From Candidatus Bathyarchaeia archaeon (GTDB lineage Archaea > Thermoproteota > Bathyarchaeia > Bathyarchaeales > Bathycorpusculaceae): a stretch of 64,000 nucleotides of DNA. Positions 1 through 9,624 of the stretch are shown here, piece by piece. The stretch is from NCBI GenBank assembly GCA_049521795.1, contig JBEKOM010000001.1:384001-448000 (forward strand), written 5' to 3'. Both the position numbers and the translations under genes were made by a program. Position 1 is the first letter of the stretch. Each line of letters begins with the position of its first letter. Below the pieces are notes generated by a model that did no database searches, was not told the origin of the DNA, and saw nothing but the letters and a program-made list of their open reading frames with translations.

Positions 1-22
1 AAACCCGAGAGAAATAAAGAAG

Positions 23-706
23 ATGATAGGCGTCTCCCCTCAGGAAGAAAATCTCGACCCAGACTTCAGCGTCATAACCAACCTGACCGTCTATGCCCGC
101 TACTTTGACATTTCGAAACGTGATGCATGCGCGCGAGCTGAGGAGATGCTTAAGTTCTTTCAGTTGGAAGAAAAACGCGATGTCATCATTGCTCAACTGT
201 CGACTGGCATGAAACGCCGATTAATTCTCGCTAGGGCATTGATCAACGAACCGCGGATACTTTTGCTGGATGAACCTACGACGGGGCTTGACCCTCAGGC
301 GCGTCACTTGATCTGGGACAAGGTTCGAAGCCTGAAGAAATCGGGGGTGACCATAATCTTGACGACGCATTACATGGATGAGGCGGCTGAACTGTGCGAC
401 CGCACACTGATCATGGATAATGGCAAGATCATCGAAGAAGGCACTCCGACAGACCTAGTCAGAAAACACGTTGGAGAAGAAGTTATGGAAGTCGATTACG
501 ATGACAAAGCCGTGGCAGCGATCAAAAATAAATTCCCAGACGCTCGGCTGGAAATCGTGGGTGACAGGATCCAAGTTTTTGCCACTGAGCCTCATGGAGT
601 GTTCGCCAGCTTTCTCGAAGATTTTCCAACGAGGAGTGCCACCGTTCGGAACGCTAACCTCGAGGACGTTTTCTTGAAACTGACCGGGAGGAAGCTCAGA
701 GAATGA
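23..706 (+). CDS. ABC exporter ATP-binding subunit (NodI/DrrA-like), 5'-truncated by window edge
   Basis: LSTGMKRRL signature, LLLDEPTTGLD Walker B, TTHYMDEA H-loop. Walker A lies upstream of the window. Confidence 0.92.
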   Translation: MIGVSPQEENLDPDFSVITNLTVYARYFDISKRDACARAEEMLKFFQLEEKRDVIIAQLSTGMKRRLILARALINEPRILLLDEPTTGLDPQARHLIWDKVRSLKKSGVTIILTTHYMDEAAELCDRTLIMDNGKIIEEGTPTDLVRKHVGEEVMEVDYDDKAVAAIKNKFPDARLEIVGDRIQVFATEPHGVFASFLEDFPTRSATVRNANLEDVFLKLTGRKLRE

Positions 707-1509
707 AAAGGTCCAGCCGCGTTGCCTCCAGCTTCAAACTGCCCGAGTTGACCTACAGAGTCTGGAAGGTTTGGCGCAGAAACTTTGACGTGTTCATGAA
801 AACGTACAAAGTCAACTTTTTCCCGCCTCTGCTTGAACCCATCTTCTACCTTGCAGCATTGGGCTTCGGACTGGGAAGCTTCGTCTCGGCTACGCAACTC
901 GGTTACTCCTACGTCAAGTTCATCGCACCAGCCTTGGTGTCCATCTCCATCATGTACTCTTCATTCTTCGAATGTACATACGGTTCGTTTGTCCGAATGT
1001 ATTATCAGAAGACCTTTGACGCTATAATCACCACGCCGATAAGCATTGAAGAAGTCATAGCAGGCGAGCTGTTCTGGGGCGCAACCAGAAGTCTGATCAG
1101 TTCAAGCATAGTCTTGGCCGTCGTAGCTGCCTTTGGGCTAGTCTCAAGTCCACTGGTCTTCTTGCTTCCAATCGTTGCTTTTTTTGCTGGGTTGATGTTT
1201 TCGGCGATAGCAATGTGCTTCACAGCGCTGGCGCCCAACATAGATTTCTTCAACTACCCAGGGTTCCTGTTCATAACCCCGATGTTCCTGCTGAGCGGAA
1301 CCTTCTTTCCTTTAACAATCCTCCCTCAATTCATGCAGATTCTGGCACAGGCAGTTCTCCCCTTAACGCACACCGTGATCCTTGCCAGAGGACTAATGTT
1401 TGGAAACTTCGACCCGACGATGCTCCTCAGCATAGTTTGGATTGGCATAGTCACACTTGCTTTCTTCCTCTTAAGCATAAACCAGATGAAAAAGAAGCTA
1501 ATCAAGTAA
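703..1509 (+). CDS. ABC-2 type permease (NodJ-like)
   Basis: About 6 hydrophobic helices, FLLSGTFFP motif, ATGA overlap with the ATPase gene. Confidence 0.9.
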   Translation: MKRSSRVASSFKLPELTYRVWKVWRRNFDVFMKTYKVNFFPPLLEPIFYLAALGFGLGSFVSATQLGYSYVKFIAPALVSISIMYSSFFECTYGSFVRMYYQKTFDAIITTPISIEEVIAGELFWGATRSLISSSIVLAVVAAFGLVSSPLVFLLPIVAFFAGLMFSAIAMCFTALAPNIDFFNYPGFLFITPMFLLSGTFFPLTILPQFMQILAQAVLPLTHTVILARGLMFGNFDPTMLLSIVWIGIVTLAFFLLSINQMKKKLIK

Positions 1510-1537
1510 ACGAATACTGGCCTTCACGTAGACGAGT

Positions 1538-2401
1538 TCAGCGAACATCTTCATATGCTCTCAACAGTTCGTCTATGGCCTTTCCAACGTGTTGTCCTCT
1601 GTAGCCGCCCTCCAAAACGAAGAATGTGGGCTTCTGCAACGCCGCGATCCTCTTGCCAATTCCTCTGTACGCCTTTTCAGACAAGCCAAGCGAAGCTAAG
1701 TCTCCTGCGTAGGTGTCAAACCCTGCCGAAACAGCCACAGCTTCAAACTTGCGCGTGTCCACCGCGCCCAGAGCCTTGTCAAGAGTCTTCAAATAAACCG
1801 TGTCTCCACAGTCAGGCGGAAGTGGAAAGTTGAGGCAGTTCATGTCGGAGGCGGTGCCTGTTCCAGGAAAGTTCGGATGCCGATGAAGAGAAACATACAT
1901 GACCATGTTGTCTCCGTAGAAGACTTCCTGCGTTCCATTCCCGTGATGCCCGTCAATGTCCAAAATCAGAGTAGGCTTACCAAGATACTTCACAGCTATC
2001 GCAACGTTGTTCAAGTAACAGAACCCCCGCGTAGCCGCGCCCAACGCTACGCCGCTTACCCCAGCATGATGGCCTGGAGGACGCATGATACTGAACCCTT
2101 TCAACTTAGCAGCCAGAATCGCCCCGCCTGCTGAAAGCTTGGCAAGCTCGAAGATGTTGTCGTAGGCCGGAGTGTCATCATCCTCAACCAAACCCTTCTT
2201 CAACAACCAAAGGTACTCGTGATCATGAACCTTCAGCAGTTCTTCCTCTGCGGCGGGCTCAGGCGTCACGAAACTGTAGCCCTTCTCTTTCAGAATACTT
2301 TGAGCCTTGCGAACCCTCTCCGGGCCTTCCGTATGCCAAGACCCGTACGTCAAGCACTTTTCTGAAAAGATTATTCTCGTCTTCATACCGTCTGTGTCCA
2401 T
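1538..2401 (-). CDS. Histone deacetylase / acetylpolyamine amidohydrolase family protein
   Basis: RPPGHHA, GFCYLNN, DIDGHHGNGTQ, SAGFD and LEGGY motifs all present. Confidence 0.93.
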   Translation of the reverse strand: MDTDGMKTRIIFSEKCLTYGSWHTEGPERVRKAQSILKEKGYSFVTPEPAAEEELLKVHDHEYLWLLKKGLVEDDDTPAYDNIFELAKLSAGGAILAAKLKGFSIMRPPGHHAGVSGVALGAATRGFCYLNNVAIAVKYLGKPTLILDIDGHHGNGTQEVFYGDNMVMYVSLHRHPNFPGTGTASDMNCLNFPLPPDCGDTVYLKTLDKALGAVDTRKFEAVAVSAGFDTYAGDLASLGLSEKAYRGIGKRIAALQKPTFFVLEGGYRGQHVGKAIDELLRAYEDVR

Positions 2402-2481
2402 GCCGAAATTGGCGATCGTTTCTCAAGCTAAAATATCACTTCACCTCTTAAAAGCTTAGAGAATTGTGGAGCCGTTGACAA

Positions 2482-4446
2482 GTGCCCAAGATCGTCGAAA
2501 ACCCGTTCGCCGCTTTCCGGTCAGAATGCGAAACCAGCCTGACCTACGCCTTGAACAAGCTTCTTCCCGAAGTCCAAATCACAGACTTGGCCTTGGAAAA
2601 ACCGCCGAACCTCGAGTACGGTCAGCTGGCTTCTTCACTGTGCTTTGAGCTCGCCGAAAAAGTGAGTCAAAAACCACTTGATCTGGCGGAGCATCTGGTC
2701 AAAGCCATCGATAAATCGCGATTCATTCTCGTTGAAAAAGTCTCATCAGCCGGCGGAGGCTACGTGAACTTCCATGTTGACTTCGCCAAATTTTCAAAGG
2801 TAGCTCTGAACTCTGTGAGAAAACTTGACGCAGAATATGGCTTCATCAAGACCGAAAAGCCCCTCAAAATCATCGTGGAGCACACGAGCGCCAACCCTCT
2901 TCACCCCATAACGGTTGGGACGGCTCGAAACCCGGTTCTCGGGGACACTATTGCCCGACTGCTCACGTCTAGGGGGCACACGGTCCATCGCCACTTTTAC
3001 ATCGACGACGTCGGCCGTCAATCGTCAGTCATCGCCTATGGTTACGAGAAACTGGGCAAGCCGAAGCCAGACGAGAAACCCGATGAGTACATCGGCAAGA
3101 TTTACACTATTACGAGCTGCTTCGTCGAAATCAACCGCCTGAAAAGAGAGCTTGAGCGTGCAAAAACTGTCGCTGCGGACGAGGAAACTCTGAAGTTCAC
3201 TAGGGAATTGGACGACTGGATGGCCGTCGCCGCAGACCTGAAGGGCAGGTATCCTGAACTTTTCGAAACGCTGTTGACGAGGATCGGCGAGGACGAAAAC
3301 CCAGAGACCGCGATAAAAATTCTCAATCAGGCGTATGAGGCGGCGGACAAAAAAGCCAAGGCCCTCGTCAGGACGGTCAGCGAACTGTGTCTGGAAGGCT
3401 TCAGGGAAACGCTGGGCAAGATCGGTGTTGTCATAGATTCTTGGGACTGGGAAAGCGACCTGGTGTGGAGCGGGCGAGTTGAAGAGGTTCTGCGGCAACT
3501 CAAGAAGTCTCGGTTCACTCACGCTGAGGGCGGGGTTCTGGAATTCGACGCTGAAAGAGTCGTGAGAGAACTTGGCCTCTGGCAGCGGCTCGGCTTAAGG
3601 GAGGGCCATGATATTCCGTCTTTGACTCTCGTGCGCGCTGACGGTACGACGCTTTACACAACGCGGGACGTTGCCTACACCTTGCTCAAGTTTGAAAAAG
3701 CCGAGAAAGTTATCAACGTCATAGGCATGGAACAGAGCCTCGCTCAGCTGCAGCTGAGAATAGCCCTGCACGCTCTGGGTTACGGCAAGTGCGCAGACAG
3801 TCTGGTTCACTTCGCCTATAACCTGGTCACTTTTCCAGGCTATAAGATGTCCAGTCGCAGAGGGCGTTACATTACTCTTGACGAAGTCTTAGACGAAGCT
3901 GTAAAACGAGCGTACGAAGAGGTTTCGAAGCGCTCTCCAGAACTTTCGAACGGAGAAAAACAGAAGATCGCGGACTTCGTGGGAAAAGGTGCGGTGCGCT
4001 ACGCGCTCGTCGAGGTTGACACTTCGAAACCAGTAATGTTCACTTGGGACCGCGTCCTCAATTTTGAAAGAAACAGCGCACCCTACATTCAGTACACCCA
4101 CGCGCGAGCCTGCAGCATCTTGCGAAAAGCAGCTAGGAACCCTGCGGAACCAGCGTATGAACAACTGAAAGAAGATCTGGAGCGCGAAATGATAATCACG
4201 TTGGCCAGTTTTCCAGACACGTTCGTAGAGGCAACGGAGTACCTCAAACCCAACCTCATCGCTGACTTTGCAAACAGCTTAGCGGACAAGTTCAACACCT
4301 TCTACAGCGCACGCGAGCGCTTTCCAGTGATAAACGCAAAGCCTAGAGGGCTCAGCGATGCACGACTCGCCTTGACCGACTCTGTCAAGATAGTGCTTCG
4401 GAACGCATTGAACCTAATCGGTGTGTTGGCCCCGGAGAGAATGTGA
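2482..4446 (+). CDS. argS: Arginyl-tRNA synthetase
   Basis: VEHTSANP, YIDDVGRQ, RADGTTLYTTRD, KMSSRRG, YIQYTHARACSIL, PERM C-terminus. HIGH motif is degenerate (TVGT). Confidence 0.95.
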   Translation: MPKIVENPFAAFRSECETSLTYALNKLLPEVQITDLALEKPPNLEYGQLASSLCFELAEKVSQKPLDLAEHLVKAIDKSRFILVEKVSSAGGGYVNFHVDFAKFSKVALNSVRKLDAEYGFIKTEKPLKIIVEHTSANPLHPITVGTARNPVLGDTIARLLTSRGHTVHRHFYIDDVGRQSSVIAYGYEKLGKPKPDEKPDEYIGKIYTITSCFVEINRLKRELERAKTVAADEETLKFTRELDDWMAVAADLKGRYPELFETLLTRIGEDENPETAIKILNQAYEAADKKAKALVRTVSELCLEGFRETLGKIGVVIDSWDWESDLVWSGRVEEVLRQLKKSRFTHAEGGVLEFDAERVVRELGLWQRLGLREGHDIPSLTLVRADGTTLYTTRDVAYTLLKFEKAEKVINVIGMEQSLAQLQLRIALHALGYGKCADSLVHFAYNLVTFPGYKMSSRRGRYITLDEVLDEAVKRAYEEVSKRSPELSNGEKQKIADFVGKGAVRYALVEVDTSKPVMFTWDRVLNFERNSAPYIQYTHARACSILRKAARNPAEPAYEQLKEDLEREMIITLASFPDTFVEATEYLKPNLIADFANSLADKFNTFYSARERFPVINAKPRGLSDARLALTDSVKIVLRNALNLIGVLAPERM

Positions 4447-4637
4447 AAGTCCACGCTTCGTACGTTTGACCACAGATGTCGCGGAGCTTGTCCCGATCCT
4501 GCTGGCTCCGCCTCGATCATTACCGCAGCGTCAGCACAAGTTCCTATCCCACCTGCTGCCTTCGCACTTTCAGTCTCCATCTTTTCTCAAAAGAAACTTT
4601 CATATACAGGTCGAATAATCTGAAGTGGGGCGCTGTT

Positions 4638-5699
4638 ATGAAGGAATCTTACTTCAAGAGAAAAGTTCAGTCCATTGAAGTTGGCAAAAAGAGTGTTTCC
4701 CAGCTTCTGGCCGAGATGGGCAAGACGGCTTATCAGGGTAGAAAGCTTGGAGAAGCTGTCGACGTTTGGGAGGCCATGCTAAAAGAAAAAGAGCTCACGA
4801 TCATAATGGGTTTTGCGGGTTCGATGAGCACTGCGGGCCAGTGGAAGATCGTCAACTGGCTGATTGAGAACCGCTACATTGACGTTCTTGTTTCAACAGG
4901 TGCCAACGTCTCCGAGGACATCGTAGATGCTATGGGCTTCGGTTATTGGCAAGGTTCTCAACATGTTAATGATGAGGAGCTTCTGAAAGCGGATGTGAAC
5001 AGGTACTACGATGTTTTCGGGAAAGAAACGGACTATCGAGAGATGGAGCTGCTCATGACTGAGGGCCTCATGAAGTTGAAGAAGGACTATGCGTACACTT
5101 CATCGGAGCTTCTCTACGTTTTCGGCAAATACTTGAGCGAAAAGGGCGTGAAGAGCATAGCTGCCACAGCGGCAGAGAACAAGGTTCCAGTGTTCTGCCC
5201 AGCCATAACCGACAGTGCTTATGGGGAAGCATTCATCATGGCAAAGAACGCGGGGCACTCGGTCGTGCTAGATCAAGTGAAGGAGTTCGACCAGTTCGTA
5301 GGCATAGGAGAGAAAACCAAGAACGTCGGCGTCGTTTACATAGGCGGCGGCGTGCCGAAAGACTTCACGCAGCTTATTGCCATATCTGTCTCGCCTAAAA
5401 CAAACGATAAAGGAGTGCCAGGAAGGAGGGGCCATCTTCGCAAAGGCCTGAAGGAGTACTACTACCCGCACAAGTACGCGATTCAGATCACTTCGGACTC
5501 GCCTCAGTGGGGCGGCTTGTCAGGGTGCACCTTGGAAGAGGCTATAAGCTGGGGAAAAATCGACGAGGGCGGAGAGAGAGCAGTGTGCTATTGCGACGCG
5601 ACGATAGCTTTGCCTCTGATTACGCATGCGCTTTGCGAGAGAGTTAAGACGAAGAGGAAAGCCCCAGACATGTCGTGGCTCTTCAGCGGCGTCTCCTAG
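4638..5699 (+). CDS. Deoxyhypusine synthase-like protein (possible homospermidine synthase)
   Basis: STGAN, PAITDS, GGGVPKDF, WGGLSGCTLEEAISWGK, CDATIALP. ATG 4638 preferred over the ORF-track start 4476. Confidence 0.88.
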   Translation: MKESYFKRKVQSIEVGKKSVSQLLAEMGKTAYQGRKLGEAVDVWEAMLKEKELTIIMGFAGSMSTAGQWKIVNWLIENRYIDVLVSTGANVSEDIVDAMGFGYWQGSQHVNDEELLKADVNRYYDVFGKETDYREMELLMTEGLMKLKKDYAYTSSELLYVFGKYLSEKGVKSIAATAAENKVPVFCPAITDSAYGEAFIMAKNAGHSVVLDQVKEFDQFVGIGEKTKNVGVVYIGGGVPKDFTQLIAISVSPKTNDKGVPGRRGHLRKGLKEYYYPHKYAIQITSDSPQWGGLSGCTLEEAISWGKIDEGGERAVCYCDATIALPLITHALCERVKTKRKAPDMSWLFSGVS

Positions 5700-6630
5700 C
5701 CTTGCCAATTCTTGTTATGAGTGCACTCACCATCAACGGCAGAATCAAGGAAGCGTCGCCTTCAATCATCGCCTTTCTCGCTTTTTCGCTTATTTTTCCC
5801 CATGACACGGCCTCTCGCGGTCTGGCGCCCGATAGACTGCCGTCCCATTCATCAGCAGTGCTGATGTACACCGCGTAGTCTAAACCACCTTTGAACTGGT
5901 TCCACCACAACGTGTGATGCTTTGATATTCCACCGCCCACGAGCAAAGCGCCACTTTTCTTCGCTTCAAAAACAATCTCGTTCAACTCTCCACAGTCTTT
6001 TAAAGGGTTGAGTCTGAAGTCGTGGTCCTGTGAGAAAAGCCACGTTTGGTATCCAACGGCTCCGTCTGTGATGCCTGGCACGAAGACGGGTATCTTGTTC
6101 TCTGCGGCCCAGTAGAGGATGGAGCTCTCATTGCATATGCTCTTCCCTATTTCTCGGCAAAGTTGGCCTGATGACAACTCTTTGATTCCTTTTTGCCACA
6201 AGCTTTGAAGCAGGGACCGCATCTTTTCTTCGATTATCATGCCGTAGCTTTCGTTTGGGACGAGAACGTTGCCTAAGCGGTTGATCTCTTCTCCGTGAAG
6301 CCTTGCGTCACTCATAAGAAATGAGCCTCTGTAGTAGTTCTTCCAGCACCTCGCGACGTCATGGTCAACGGTTCCGCAGGTCGTGACGACAACGTCAACG
6401 AGCTTTCTTTTCACAAGCTCCTTGAGGGCGCCTCTTGTTCCGGTGGCCACTAGGTTTCCCGTGAAGGAAAGGAATTTTACACATTTTTTGTCTTCAACCA
6501 TCCTTTCCATGATGTTTAGGCCCACGGCTAACTTTCCGGCTGTGAACCCCCAGGCTTTTTCCATCTGCGAGACAAGCTCGTCGACAGTCATTTTTTCAGA
6601 GAAAGCGTAGTCTTCAACAGCTTCTCTCAA
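5683..6630 (-). CDS. dys: Deoxyhypusine synthase (canonical archaeal type)
   Basis: FTGNLVATG, PGITDGAVG, GGGISKHHTLWWNQF, DGSLSGARPREAVSWGK. Confidence 0.92.
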   Translation of the reverse strand: MREAVEDYAFSEKMTVDELVSQMEKAWGFTAGKLAVGLNIMERMVEDKKCVKFLSFTGNLVATGTRGALKELVKRKLVDVVVTTCGTVDHDVARCWKNYYRGSFLMSDARLHGEEINRLGNVLVPNESYGMIIEEKMRSLLQSLWQKGIKELSSGQLCREIGKSICNESSILYWAAENKIPVFVPGITDGAVGYQTWLFSQDHDFRLNPLKDCGELNEIVFEAKKSGALLVGGGISKHHTLWWNQFKGGLDYAVYISTADEWDGSLSGARPREAVSWGKISEKARKAMIEGDASLILPLMVSALITRIGKARRRR

Positions 6631-6632
6631 AG

Positions 6633-7568
6633 TCAGCTCTTTCCTCCGACAGCTTCGCAGTAGGTCTTGTAGATTATTCCAGCAGCTTCTTTGATGGCTT
6701 CTTGTTCTGATTTAGCGAGCAGGTCCCACAGGTCAGGTCCAAGAGACTTTGCGATTCGCGCTGGCACCGTGACGTAAACCGGTTCAGGCGTCGTCTCAAA
6801 CTTTGTCGGTCTGGAATAGCTTATGACTTTCCCTGTGTTCAACAGAATTCCCCGGACTATTTCTATGAAAGAGCCTGCTGGGCCATACCTTGTTCCGCCC
6901 AGAAAAGTTATGACTTGTCGGCTTACCTCTTTCACGTAGTTGTCACAGATTCCTCTGTCAAGCTTCTTTCCTGTTTTCTTCAAGTACTCCTCTAATTGCA
7001 GCCCGTTGATTTTGACTGTGCTCCACAGAAGAACTGCCGCTTCTCCGTGTTCGCCGCCCGCGTAGGCTTCAACGGCGCCGATTGGCACTTTCAGTTCTCG
7101 ACACAGAATGGTTCTGAACCTTGAAGTTTCAAGGTTTGTGCCCGTTCCTATGATGGACCTTAAGCCTCGTGCGGTTTTGTTGGCCAGAGTAGTCATTGCG
7201 TCAACAGGGTTGGTTATCACAAAATACCAAGCGTCGGGGTTGTTGTCAACTGTGTCCGCTACTACTTGCTGCACAGCCGCCGCGTTCTTTGCTGCCAGGT
7301 CTCTTCTGCTCATTTCTGGCGTTCTAGGAAACCCAGCAGCTATGACTATTAAGTCTGCGTCTTCAACTGACTTGCTGTTTTCGTAGGCGTTGATCTCCAC
7401 ATCAAAGCCGTGGCTAGCGATTGCGTGGTGCATCTCTTCTTTCGTCATCTCTGCAACTCTTGGCGCAGTGTCGACGAGTGACAGCTTAGTCACGTATCTT
7501 TCGAAGATCAGGGTGAAAGCCACTTGGCCACCTACGCGGCCTGTTCCAGCAACTGCAACGTGAACCAT
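6633..7568 (-). CDS. mdh: LDH-like malate dehydrogenase
   Basis: GTGRVG Rossmann motif, AGFPRTPEMSRRDL (Arg at the MDH specificity position), TNPVD, GEHG. ATG at 7568 lies below a TATA-like TTTTATAAAA. Confidence 0.8.
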   Translation of the reverse strand: MVHVAVAGTGRVGGQVAFTLIFERYVTKLSLVDTAPRVAEMTKEEMHHAIASHGFDVEINAYENSKSVEDADLIVIAAGFPRTPEMSRRDLAAKNAAAVQQVVADTVDNNPDAWYFVITNPVDAMTTLANKTARGLRSIIGTGTNLETSRFRTILCRELKVPIGAVEAYAGGEHGEAAVLLWSTVKINGLQLEEYLKKTGKKLDRGICDNYVKEVSRQVITFLGGTRYGPAGSFIEIVRGILLNTGKVISYSRPTKFETTPEPVYVTVPARIAKSLGPDLWDLLAKSEQEAIKEAAGIIYKTYCEAVGGKS

Positions 7569-7649
7569 CGTACCACTCCAATACGCATGTACGCTCAGCT
7601 TTTTATAAAACAATCGCGTCCTGAGTGAACGCTTTGATGGAAACGAGGG

Positions 7650-8528
7650 TTAGTCAACCAGATAGTCTATGATTTTTCCGTACAGGTCCTTGTTTCTGTA
7701 GTCTTCGTAGCCGGCGTAGATGCTCGGGTTGTCGTTAACTTCAACTACCACGTATTTGCCGTCAGCTTCTTTGATGTCCACGCCGTAGAGTCCGTGTCCG
7801 ATCACTTCGCAAGCCTTCAAAGCCAGTTCCTTAAGCGGTGTAGGCGCGTTTTCTCTTCTAAGCGAGAACGTCCTGCCCCAGACAAAGGTTGGCTTTCCTC
7901 TGAGTTTGGCACCATGCTTCCACCTGCCCTTAGGCATCATGTACTTGCACACGTACAGGACTTCGCGATTCAGGACTCCGACTCTCCAATCGAAAGAGGT
8001 AGGCATGAACGTTTGGACGGCGAGAAGGTCAGATTTTCTGAAGAATCTTCTAGCCACGTCGCGGAAGCTTGTTTCGCAAGCAACTTTCTCCACGTATCTT
8101 GAGAAGCTCGTGTATGGCGCTTTCACAACTACTGGTTTTCCAAGGTTTTCAAAGATCTCCAAGAACCGTTTGTGATGCATCTCATTCTTGTCCAGGAAGA
8201 GTGTTGGGATACTTGGTATGTCGTACTTTTCGAAAAGGTCGTACAAGTGGATTTTGTTCCCGCAGATCTGTATCGATTCCGGGTCGTCGACCACCTTCAG
8301 ACCCAGCTCCCACGCTGTTTTCGAAACCACGTAGGCCGTGAAAAGAGGGTCCGTCGTCGCCCTTATGAAAACCGCGTCGTACTTCGGGATTTCTGAGATG
8401 CCATCTCTGAACATGAAGTCGAACGCATGTCCCCTTTCCTCTGCAGTGCGCTTGAAATTCTCTAGGGCCCGCGTTTCCCTCAGATCAGAGAAGTTGTATT
8501 TCTCGACGAAACAGGCTATCCTAGCCAA
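7650..8528 (-). CDS. RimK-family ATP-grasp amide ligase
   Basis: NKIH, VVVKAP, FDWRVGVL, LYGVDIKE, EVNDNP motifs. Confidence 0.9.
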   Translation of the reverse strand: MARIACFVEKYNFSDLRETRALENFKRTAEERGHAFDFMFRDGISEIPKYDAVFIRATTDPLFTAYVVSKTAWELGLKVVDDPESIQICGNKIHLYDLFEKYDIPSIPTLFLDKNEMHHKRFLEIFENLGKPVVVKAPYTSFSRYVEKVACETSFRDVARRFFRKSDLLAVQTFMPTSFDWRVGVLNREVLYVCKYMMPKGRWKHGAKLRGKPTFVWGRTFSLRRENAPTPLKELALKACEVIGHGLYGVDIKEADGKYVVVEVNDNPSIYAGYEDYRNKDLYGKIIDYLVD

Positions 8529-9213
8529 CTAGGTGTTCACCCTTGTTCGACATCCGAAAAATCTCTGTCGAAACCGTTTCCAAATCCGACGCGAAAACCT
8601 CCTCAATTCTTAGAGGCTGGAGCCCACACAGGTAGGCTTTGTCTTCAATGGTTTGAACGTGAAGTTTGCACATGGGGATCTTGAAGGTTTCATAGATCTT
8701 CTCCGAAATCTTTGCAACCTCTGCCTTATGGTCACATTTTCCAAAGATAGATTTGAACGAAAGCATCTCACCCTTCAGCGGCTGCACACAAACGGCGAAC
8801 TTGTAGTTCATGCTTAGACTCTTAACGGCCCTGTACAGGGCGCTTCTGTTTCCAGCGGTTTTGTAGCCTTCGTAGGAGAACGGGTTGACCGCGAAGACGA
8901 CAACTGGAAAAGCGAACTGAGATGTTACCTGTTTAACAGAACTTGTCATCAAATAGGGCAGAGTGGGAATCCCAGCTTTTGAAGCTTTAAGCAGTAAAAT
9001 CGGCGTTCTGCTGGCGTCAATTATGCTTTCCGTTGAAGGAATCACCGGATTGCCTAAAACCTCTGCGTGCATTGACACGTAGTAGCCCGTTTTCATGTAG
9101 CGATAGTCGGTGTTGAGGTTGAGAGTAAAATCTTTAATCGACGATTTGAGGAACGCAGATGGCTTCATCGTTGGCAGATCTGTCGTTAGGTCGATGTTAG
9201 AGACGACCAGCAC
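8521..9213 (-). CDS. RimK-like ATP-grasp N-terminal (RLAN) domain protein
   Basis: NLNTDYRYMKTGYYVSMHAE..G..VIPS matches the RLAN pattern. Overlaps the RimK gene. Confidence 0.8.
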   Translation of the reverse strand: MLVVSNIDLTTDLPTMKPSAFLKSSIKDFTLNLNTDYRYMKTGYYVSMHAEVLGNPVIPSTESIIDASRTPILLLKASKAGIPTLPYLMTSSVKQVTSQFAFPVVVFAVNPFSYEGYKTAGNRSALYRAVKSLSMNYKFAVCVQPLKGEMLSFKSIFGKCDHKAEVAKISEKIYETFKIPMCKLHVQTIEDKAYLCGLQPLRIEEVFASDLETVSTEIFRMSNKGEHLVG

Positions 9214-9624
9214 CCATTTGACACCAGGTAACTGAAAGGTTTCGTATTGCGGCTGCTATATTTAAGACTAACTACTACGTTTATATCAAATTTTGAACAA
9301 CGACTAAACACAGGCGGAAACTACGCACAAAACCCTAGAAGTACTGGGGCTAGAGCGTGAATTTTCCCGCGTGCGCTAAGAACCGCACGCAAAGTCTCTC
9401 TGTCTCTTTTGAAAATTGCTTTCGAAAATGCGTCTGAAGAGAAGTCTGCTGATAATAAGGAAAAGAATAACAAAGGGAACTTACTAGAAATCGTGCGGGA
9501 GAAGGTCCAGGTGAGAGGGCAGAAAACAGATCTCAGGAAAGCCATAATCAACGGTTATTCAAAACTTGCAGAAAGTCTTATTGACGATCAACCCCACTTC
9601 TGAAAGCAGCGACGGAGAAACTCT

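Noticed and set aside
4476-4637. N-terminal extension of the DHS-like ORF
   Set aside because: Not DHS-like and spans a likely promoter region; ATG 4638 fits the family length.
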